Shown here piece after piece: positions 1-4,879 of a stretch of DNA of 4,879 nt (its first letter is position 1; every line of letters begins with the position of its first letter). The stretch comes from a virus. Lineage: Duplodnaviria > Heunggongvirae > Uroviricota > Caudoviricetes. A model generated the notes under the pieces. That model ran no database searches. It was not told the DNA's origin and saw nothing but the letters and a program-made list of their open reading frames with translations. The stretch lies in IMG/VR virus record IMGVR_UViG_2744054628_000007; one strand, given 5' to 3'. The position numbers and the translations under genes are program-made.

Positions 1-1
1 C

Positions 2-184
2 ATCAAAGCAGTCTGTCAGTCAGTGCGTGAAGCCACCACCGCCTCCGGCGTGGATAATGCAGCCTCCCCCCGACTGGCAGACACCGCTGAACGGGATTAT
101 TTCACCCTCCGGGAACGACTGGTAATGATGCAGGCCCAACTTGAAGGTGCTCAGCAATACATAACCGAGCAGTGTTTAAAGTAA
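2..184 (+). CDS. Rz: Rz-like i-spanin (lysis protein), C-terminal fragment; 5' end lies outside the window
   Basis: Frame-2 translation IKAVCQSVREATTASGVDNAASPRLADTAERDYFTLRERLVMMQAQLEGAQQYITEQCLK* closely matches the C-terminus of phage lambda Rz as I recall it (…IKAVCQSVREATTASGVDNAASPRLADTAERDYFTLRERL…EQCR). Stop TAA at 182-184. Confidence 0.85.
   Translation: MKAVCQSVREATTASGVDNAASPRLADTAERDYFTLRERLVMMQAQLEGAQQYITEQCLK
3..125 (+). CDS. Rz1: Rz1-like o-spanin, C-terminal fragment, embedded in the +1 frame of Rz
   Basis: Frame-3 translation SKQSVSQCVKPPPPPAWIMQPPPDWQTPLNGIISPSGNDW* matches the proline-rich C-terminus of lambda Rz1 from memory. Stop TAA at 123-125. The nested arrangement inside Rz is the classic spanin architecture. 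Confidence 0.8.
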   Translation, partial: SKQSVSQCVKPPPPPAWIMQPPPDWQTPLNGIISPSGNDW

Positions 185-270
185 AATCTTAACTACAATA
201 TGATTCATTTTGATGATTGTTTCATAAGGAACAGTGAAGTAAGATCTAAGAGGAGTTAAATTTTATACAG

Positions 271-303
271 TATAATCATAATATTGCAGCAAGGTGGTTA
301 TAA
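271..303 (+). promoter_or_regulatory. Candidate sigma70 -10 elements upstream of trkG in an AT-rich intergenic region
   Basis: Two perfect TATAAT hexamers at 271-276 and 298-303 in the AT-rich spacer between Rz and trkG. No convincing -35 at 17 bp spacing for either (TTGCAG at 284-289 is too close to the second). Weak call. Confidence 0.2.
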
Positions 304-321
304 TTGAAAGAATATTTAGAT

Positions 322-1779
322 ATGAATACATCTCATGTAAGAGTTGTTACTCATATGTGTGGGTTCCTGGTTTGGCTCTATAGTCTTTCAATGTTGCCAC
401 CAATGGTTGTAGCATTGTTTTATAAAGAAAAAAGCCTGTTCGTTTTCTTTATAACTTTCGTTATATTTTTTTGCATTGGTGGCGGAGCGTGGTATACAAC
501 TAAGAAATCTGGCATTCAATTACGTACCCGTGATGGGTTTATTATAATTGTAATGTTTTGGATTTTGTTTTCTGTTATTAGTGCATTCCCTTTATGGATT
601 GACTCAGAACTTAATTTAACGTTCATTGATGCTCTGTTTGAAGGGGTTTCTGGAATAACAACAACAGGAGCAACTGTAATTGATGATGTTAGTTCATTAC
701 CTCGGGCATATTTGTACTATCGGTCACAGTTAAATTTTATAGGTGGTTTAGGAGTTATTGTTCTGGCGGTTGCTGTATTGCCATTATTGGGTATTGGTGG
801 TGCAAAGCTTTATCAGTCAGAAATGCCGGGGCCATTTAAGGATGACAAACTCACTCCCCGCCTGGCCGATACGTCACGGACACTGTGGATAACTTATTCT
901 TTATTAGGTATTGCTTGTATTGTCTGTTATAGACTTGCAGGAATGCCTTTGTTTGATGCTATTTGTCACGGGATTTCCACAGTTTCGCTTGGTGGTTTCT
1001 CAACTCATAGCGAGAGTATCGGATATTTTAATAACTATTTGGTTGAGCTGGTGGCTGGTTCTTTTTCCCTGCTATCGGCTTTCAACTTCACTCTTTGGTA
1101 TATTGTTATTAGCAGGAAAACGATAAAACCTTTAATCAGAGATATTGAACTTCGTTTCTTTCTGTTAATAGCCTTAGGGGTGATCATTGTTACCTCTTTC
1201 CAGGTCTGGCATATAGGTATGTATGACTTGCATGGAAGTTTTATTCATTCGTTTTTTCTTGCCAGCTCCATGCTCACTGATAATGGTTTAGCTACGCAGG
1301 ATTATGCAAGTTGGCCCACGCACACGATAGTGTTTTTGCTGTTGTCAAGTTTCTTTGGGGGATGTATAGGTTCAACTTGTGGTGGAATTAAGTCACTTCG
1401 ATTTCTTATACTTTTCAAACAAAGCAAACACGAGATAAATCAGCTTTCTCATCCCAGAGCGTTGTTGAGTGTAAATGTAGGAGGGAAGATAGTTACAGAT
1501 CGTGTAATGAGGTCTGTATGGAGTTTCTTTTTTCTTTATACTCTCTTCACGGTGTTTTTTATACTGGTGTTAAATGGTATGGGATATGATTTTCTTACAT
1601 CATTTGCAACAGTGGCTGCATGTATTAATAATATGGGATTAGGTTTTGGGGCTACTGCATCGTCATTCGGAGTGCTTAATGACATTGCAAAATGTTTAAT
1701 GTGCATAGCTATGATTCTTGGTCGCCTTGAAATTTATCCTGTTATTATATTGTTTTCAGGTTTTTTTTGGCGCTCCTAA
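322..1779 (+). CDS. trkG: Trk-system K+ uptake membrane protein TrkG (TrkH/TrkG family), prophage-borne
   Basis: The ORF from ATG 322 gives 485 aa starting MNTSHVRVVTHMCGFLVWLYSL…, which I recognise as E. coli TrkG (Rac prophage). It is highly hydrophobic with multiple predicted TM segments and carries the selectivity-filter-like motif EGVSGITTTGATV. Stop TAA at 1777-1779. An alternative TTG start at 304 has a good SD (AAGGTGG at 291-297, 6 nt spacer), whereas ATG 322 has no obvious SD. The region is visibly AT-rich compared with flanking genes. Confidence 0.93.
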   Translation: MNTSHVRVVTHMCGFLVWLYSLSMLPPMVVALFYKEKSLFVFFITFVIFFCIGGGAWYTTKKSGIQLRTRDGFIIIVMFWILFSVISAFPLWIDSELNLTFIDALFEGVSGITTTGATVIDDVSSLPRAYLYYRSQLNFIGGLGVIVLAVAVLPLLGIGGAKLYQSEMPGPFKDDKLTPRLADTSRTLWITYSLLGIACIVCYRLAGMPLFDAICHGISTVSLGGFSTHSESIGYFNNYLVELVAGSFSLLSAFNFTLWYIVISRKTIKPLIRDIELRFFLLIALGVIIVTSFQVWHIGMYDLHGSFIHSFFLASSMLTDNGLATQDYASWPTHTIVFLLLSSFFGGCIGSTCGGIKSLRFLILFKQSKHEINQLSHPRALLSVNVGGKIVTDRVMRSVWSFFFLYTLFTVFFILVLNGMGYDFLTSFATVAACINNMGLGFGATASSFGVLNDIAKCLMCIAMILGRLEIYPVIILFSGFFWRS

Positions 1780-1865
1780 TATATGGCTGATTTATAATTG
1801 TGAGTTTAATATTATGTTGACTCACTCATTGATCCAATACCTAACTTTACCAGCAACACCTCCGT

Positions 1866-1900
1866 CCCCAGTAGCACTGGCTGCTGGGGTGCGTTTTATT
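1866..1900 (+). terminator. Candidate rho-independent terminator downstream of trkG
   Basis: GC-rich inverted repeat CCCCAGTAGC / GCTGCTGGGG at 1866-1889 (about 9-10 bp stem with one G·U wobble, 4-6 nt loop), followed by TGCG and then TTTTATT. The U-tract is offset 4 nt from the stem, so this is only a moderate candidate. Confidence 0.35.
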
Positions 1901-1916
1901 CATAAAGCAAGGCTGT

Positions 1917-2708
1917 ATGAGCGAGAAATTAAAGATAGTCTATCGCCCATTACAAGAATTGTCACCGTATGCGCACAACGCCAGGACGCACAGTACTGAG
2001 CAGGTGGCACAACTGGTAGAAAGTATTAAGCAATTCGGCTGGACTAATCCGGTGCTGATTGACGAAAAGGGCGAAATTATTGCGGGTCACGGTCGTGTTA
2101 TGGCGGCTGAAATGCTCAAAATGGATTCTGTTCCGGTCATTGTTCTGTCTGGCCTGACGGATGAGCAGAAAAAGGCGTACCGCCTGGCAGATAATCGCCT
2201 GCCGATGAATGCTGGCTGGGATGAAGATCTGTTGCGGATGGAGCTGTCGGACCTAATCAATGCTGATTTTGATGTCTCCCTGACAGGCTTCATCCCGACA
2301 GAAATTGATGAACTGTTGACGGATGTTTTGCCCGGTACAGGAAATGAGGAGGAGCCGTATACGACGAAAATTGATACGCCTGTTTATGAGCCGTCGGGCG
2401 GTAAACCGGATATCAGTGAACTGTACGACGATACGAAAACTCAGGAGCTGATCAGCCGGATACGTTCGGCGTCCCTTGAGCCTGATATTGAGAAATTCCT
2501 CCTGTGTGCGGCAGAACGTCACACGGTGTTTAATTTCAGCAGAATTGCGGACTATTACGCTCACGCCCCCTCTGAAATTCAGTGTTTTTTCGAGGAGTCG
2601 GCGCTGGTGATCATTGATTATCAGCAGGCTATTGAAAATGGATTTGTCCGGATGACGCAGCGCATGGTGGAGATCATGCATGGTGGTGAGGAGGAGGAAT
2701 ATGCGTGA
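1917..2708 (+). CDS. ParB/sulfiredoxin-like (ParB N-terminal domain) protein with an acidic C-terminal extension
   Basis: 263-aa ORF. The N-terminal ~100 aa (…YRPLQELSPYAHNARTHSTEQVAQLVESIKQFGWTNPVLIDEKGEIIAGHGRVMAAEMLKMDSVPVIVL…) has the ParB/Srx layout: a conserved N-x-R region followed by a G-x-x-R motif (GHGR) before AA. The ~160-aa C-terminal part is acidic and has no motif I recognise. SD-like AAGG sits 4 nt upstream of ATG 1917. By position (immediately after trkG) it corresponds to ynaK of K-12 Rac, but I am recalling that gene order, not its sequence or length. Confidence 0.75.
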   Translation: MSEKLKIVYRPLQELSPYAHNARTHSTEQVAQLVESIKQFGWTNPVLIDEKGEIIAGHGRVMAAEMLKMDSVPVIVLSGLTDEQKKAYRLADNRLPMNAGWDEDLLRMELSDLINADFDVSLTGFIPTEIDELLTDVLPGTGNEEEPYTTKIDTPVYEPSGGKPDISELYDDTKTQELISRIRSASLEPDIEKFLLCAAERHTVFNFSRIADYYAHAPSEIQCFFEESALVIIDYQQAIENGFVRMTQRMVEIMHGGEEEEYA

Positions 2709-3633
2709 TGATTTTTGCGCCTTTATTCTGACTCACGGGCGACCGGACAAAGTTCTGACTTACCGGACGTTGCGTCGTGCTGGCTATACCGGGAAAATTT
2801 TTATCGTTGTTGATGATGAAGATAAGACACGGCATCAGTACATGGCTGAATTTGGTGAACAGGTGCTGGTGTTTTCCAAAGCCGATATCGCCAGTCGTTT
2901 TGACGAAGCCGATAATTTCTGTGACCGCCGCTCAATTTTTTACGCCCGTAATGCCTGTTTCGACCTGGCAAAACTGGTCGGGTGTAAATACTTCATTCAG
3001 CTCGATGATGATTATCACGAGTTCCAGTTTCGGGTGGATCGCAACTATGACCAGGCCTATTTTCCGATAAGGAAACTGGATGCGATCCTTTCTGAAATGC
3101 TGGCGTACTACGAATCAATACCTGCTCTTTCCATCGCTATGTCGCAGGGCGGGGATTTTCTTGGTGACAATGGCGGCCATGCTTCGTGGGTGAAACGCAA
3201 GGCAATGAACAGCTTTATCTGTTCGGTTGATCGACCGTTCTCATTCATGGGGCGCATTAACGAGGATGTGAATACGTACACGAATCTCGGTCGCTGTGGT
3301 GAATTGTTTATGACGATCGGTGCTGTCCAGTTAGGGCAGAAACAGACGCAGAAAAACAGCGGCGGAATGACCGAGCTGTATCTGGATTCCGGAACCTACG
3401 TTAAAAGTTTTTACTCCGTCATGTATGCGCCGTCGTGCGTAAAAATCTCACTGATGGGTGCCAGCCATAAACGCATTCACCATCAGGTCACCTGGAACAA
3501 CGCTGCAGTAAAAATCCTTCACGAAAAATACAGGAAGAAGACACCCTGCATATCAATGGGGGTGACAAATGATTCCGTATTCGAAAGTCGAGTCTCTGGC
3601 AGCGTGCCGGATGACTGCACAACAAATCGCTGA
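2701..3633 (+). CDS. Hypothetical protein with glycosyltransferase GT-A-like motifs, translationally coupled to the upstream ParB-like gene
   Basis: I prefer ATG 2701 (MRDDFCAFILTHGRPD…, 310 aa) over the track's 2680 start, because a strong SD (GAGGAGGAGGA, 2688-2698) precedes it and it overlaps the upstream stop (ATGCGTGA, 2701-2708). Motif order resembles the GT-A nucleotide-sugar transferase fold: hydrophobic strand FCAFILTHGRPD, second strand with acidic tail IFIVVDDED, and a DxD-like YFIQLDDDY near residue 100. No hydrophobic TM stretch. Function is unverified. Confidence 0.6.
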   Translation: MRDDFCAFILTHGRPDKVLTYRTLRRAGYTGKIFIVVDDEDKTRHQYMAEFGEQVLVFSKADIASRFDEADNFCDRRSIFYARNACFDLAKLVGCKYFIQLDDDYHEFQFRVDRNYDQAYFPIRKLDAILSEMLAYYESIPALSIAMSQGGDFLGDNGGHASWVKRKAMNSFICSVDRPFSFMGRINEDVNTYTNLGRCGELFMTIGAVQLGQKQTQKNSGGMTELYLDSGTYVKSFYSVMYAPSCVKISLMGASHKRIHHQVTWNNAAVKILHEKYRKKTPCISMGVTNDSVFESRVSGSVPDDCTTNR

Positions 3634-3820
3634 CGTTCTGGATGTTGATCTGAACCGACTGAAAGAAAATCGGGAAGCAATGACAGATTTTTATGCGGCC
3701 ATCCGTAAGGGCAGAGCGAAAGGTGAAGCCGAGTTACGAGCGGCATTGTTTAAGCTTGCCAGAAAAGGGGATGCCTTTGCTCTGCGCGAACTACTCAGGG
3801 TGGATAAAAATCAGGACTAA
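3569..3820 (+). CDS. Small helix-turn-helix protein (83 aa), possibly a terminase small-subunit-like DNA-binding protein
   Basis: Strong RBS (GGGGGTGA at 3558-3565, 4 nt spacer) before ATG 3569. The segment MTAQQIADVLDVDLNRL is HTH-like, reminiscent of the N-terminal DNA-binding region of small terminases such as lambda Nu1, followed by a basic helical tail. It overlaps the 3' end of the upstream gene by 65 nt; an alternative in-frame ATG at 3611 would shorten the overlap to 23 nt. Stop TAA at 3818-3820, 3 nt before the next ATG. Confidence 0.55.
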   Translation: MIPYSKVESLAACRMTAQQIADVLDVDLNRLKENREAMTDFYAAIRKGRAKGEAELRAALFKLARKGDAFALRELLRVDKNQD

Positions 3821-3823
3821 CTG

Positions 3824-4810
3824 ATGAGCAGACCGGACTGGGGGGCGTTGCAGCAGGAGTATATTGCTGAATACACCCGCTCCGGTATATCTCCGGTGGC
3901 ATGGTGTGAAGCAAGGGGACTGAATTACGCAACAGCCCGTCGTTACATCAAAAAAACTCCGAAAAATGCGCAGACAGAAATGTGCAAAACTGCGCAAAAA
4001 AGTGCGCAGAAAAAATCTGCGCAGACTGCACAAAAGCGGAACGAAAAATCTCAGGAAAAAAAGCCAGTATTCGATGCGGGCCTGAATGAGGGCGACGCGG
4101 AGGAATTTTCGTTCTGTCCCGATGAATTCGGCATTTCTGACCAGCAGGCTAAGTTTGCGATGCTTGTTGCTCAGGGTAAAAAGCCGACATGCAAGGGGAT
4201 TTGGGAGCATCCAGGTATAAATCAGGGATATTTTGCGCCAACGTATCCCCAAATTCGCGATATTTTTTACCCTACAGTGGAAGAAGTTGCTGCTGACTGG
4301 GGATTGAACGTAAAAATTAATGAGGGAAATAAAGAGGTTCACTTTTATTACGGACGCCAGTATCGGGGAACCACTATCTGCAGATCGATGGAGAAGCCAC
4401 AAACGATCGTCGGTTTCAAAATTGGTAATGCGTTGGTGGATGAACTGGACATTTTGCCGAAGGAAAAAGCCAGAACGGCGTGGCGCAAGATAATTGCACG
4501 TATGCGTTATAAGATTGATGGACTTCGCAACGGTATTGACGTTACAACCACGCCGGAAGGATTCAAATTTGTCTACGAGCAGTTTGTTAAAGCCGTGCGT
4601 GAAAAAACAGAGCTGGCCTCACTGTATGGTCTGGTGCAGGCATCTACTTTCGATAATGAAAAGAACCTGCCAGCAGATTACATTCCTTCGCTTCTTGAAT
4701 CATACCCTCCAGAGCTGATTAAAGCCTATCTTCGAGGACAGTTTACTAACCTGACAAGTGGTACTGTTTACCTGATCTTACCCAGCAATAGTGGACACGC
4801 GGCTAAGTGA
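3824..4810 (+). CDS. Phage protein with N-terminal terminase-small-subunit-like HTH, a low-complexity AQK-rich linker and a ~250-aa uncharacterised C-terminal domain
   Basis: 328-aa ORF. The N-terminus WGALQQEYIAEYTRSGISPVAWCEARGLNYATARRYI follows the pattern of TerS DNA-binding domains (compare SPP1 G1P-like …EY…AA…AGYS…A). Residues ~45-80 (KNAQTEMCKTAQKSAQKKSAQTAQKRNEKSQEKK) are low complexity. It is tightly linked to the upstream gene (TAA-CTG-ATG). I cannot assign the C-terminal domain. Confidence 0.55.
   Translation: MSRPDWGALQQEYIAEYTRSGISPVAWCEARGLNYATARRYIKKTPKNAQTEMCKTAQKSAQKKSAQTAQKRNEKSQEKKPVFDAGLNEGDAEEFSFCPDEFGISDQQAKFAMLVAQGKKPTCKGIWEHPGINQGYFAPTYPQIRDIFYPTVEEVAADWGLNVKINEGNKEVHFYYGRQYRGTTICRSMEKPQTIVGFKIGNALVDELDILPKEKARTAWRKIIARMRYKIDGLRNGIDVTTTPEGFKFVYEQFVKAVREKTELASLYGLVQASTFDNEKNLPADYIPSLLESYPPELIKAYLRGQFTNLTSGTVYLILPSNSGHAAK
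3967..4032. repeat. Cluster of six palindromic TGCGCA-like hexamers at 9-15 bp spacing
   Basis: TGCGCA at 3967, 3991, 4003 and 4018; TGTGCA at 3981; TGCACA at 4027. Each lies in an A-rich context (…AAAAATGCGCAGA…). The cluster sits inside the 328-aa CDS, encoding its AQK-rich linker. Confidence 0.6.
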
Positions 4811-4837
4811 GTAAACTCTCAGTCAGAGGTGACTCAC

Positions 4838-4879
4838 ATGACAAAAACAGTATCAACCAGTAAAAAACCCCGTAAACAG
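4838..4879 (+). CDS. 5' end of the next gene (MTKTVSTSKKPRKQ…), by position possibly a large terminase or other packaging/head gene; truncated by the window
   Basis: ATG at 4838 is preceded by SD GAGGTG (4826-4831, 6 nt spacer). The open frame runs to the window end. Only 14 codons are visible, so identity cannot be assigned. Confidence 0.4.
   Translation, partial: MTKTVSTSKKPRKQ

Noticed and set aside
911-1126. 71-aa + strand ORF inside trkG in another frame
   Set aside because: It is an alternate-frame artefact inside a confidently identified membrane protein gene.
1817-1847. TTGACT hexamer (1817-1822) as a -35 element of a promoter for the ParB-like gene
   Set aside because: There is no acceptable -10 at 16-18 bp spacing (the best is TAACTT at 19 bp), and the hairpin lies downstream of it, which makes a promoter here incoherent.
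1718-1999. 93-aa + strand ORF bridging the trkG 3' end and the ParB-like gene 5' end (including a possible internal start at about 1814)
   Set aside because: It overlaps both neighbouring genes and the candidate terminator hairpin, and has no SD; it is most likely non-coding intergenic sequence read in frame.
2087-2681. Two minus-strand ORFs (68 aa at 2087-2293 and 142 aa at 2253-2681) antisense to the ParB-like gene
   Set aside because: They lie entirely within a + strand gene that has coherent domain motifs. Their translations are arginine/serine-rich with low complexity, typical of antisense frames in GC-balanced coding DNA, and they have no RBS context.
2777-3070. 97-aa + strand ORF inside the GT-like gene in another frame
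   Set aside because: Alternate-frame ORF within a gene that has a better start context and motif structure.
2701-3633. Interpreting the GT-like protein as a prophage O-antigen (LPS) glucosylation enzyme of the GtrB type
   Set aside because: The protein has no predicted transmembrane segments and no adjacent flippase or membrane GT genes, so a lipid-linked sugar substrate seems unlikely.
3519-3746. 75-aa minus-strand ORF spanning the junction of the GT-like and 83-aa HTH genes
   Set aside because: Antisense to two well-supported + strand genes and shows no start context.
3967-4032. Possibility that the short repeat cluster is a CRISPR array or an IS terminal repeat
   Set aside because: The repeats are only 6 bp with irregular spacing, lie inside a coding region, and have no 25-40 bp repeat-spacer periodicity or transposase nearby.
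3791-4402. 203-aa minus-strand ORF antisense to the 328-aa gene
   Set aside because: The translation is low complexity (runs of F, L and R) and is the mirror of the A-rich repeat region. The + strand gene has an RBS, tight coupling to its neighbour and an HTH motif.
4494-4718. 74-aa + strand ORF inside the 328-aa gene in another frame
   Set aside because: Alternate-frame ORF with no independent support.

Overview
This window looks like the lysis-to-packaging junction of a lambdoid (Rac-like) enterobacterial prophage, with every supported gene on the + strand. It opens with the 3' end of an Rz/Rz1 spanin pair (Rz1 embedded in the +1 frame of Rz), both recognised from memory of the lambda proteins. 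Next is an AT-rich cargo gene, the Trk-type K+ transporter trkG, followed by a GC-rich hairpin that may act as its terminator. The most interesting part is a translationally coupled pair: a ParB/sulfiredoxin-like protein (1917-2708) whose stop overlaps the start of a ~310-aa protein (2701-3633) with glycosyltransferase GT-A-like motifs. I could not assign a function to this pair; it is my best candidate for an undescribed DNA-modification or defence/anti-defence module. After it come two helix-turn-helix proteins (83 aa and 328 aa) that resemble small-terminase DNA-binding domains, and the first 14 codons of another gene. The 328-aa gene contains a cluster of six palindromic TGCGCA-like hexamers that could be a packaging recognition site. 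No tRNA, rRNA, CRISPR array or IS element was seen. All homology statements are from reading the translations and memory, not from a search.
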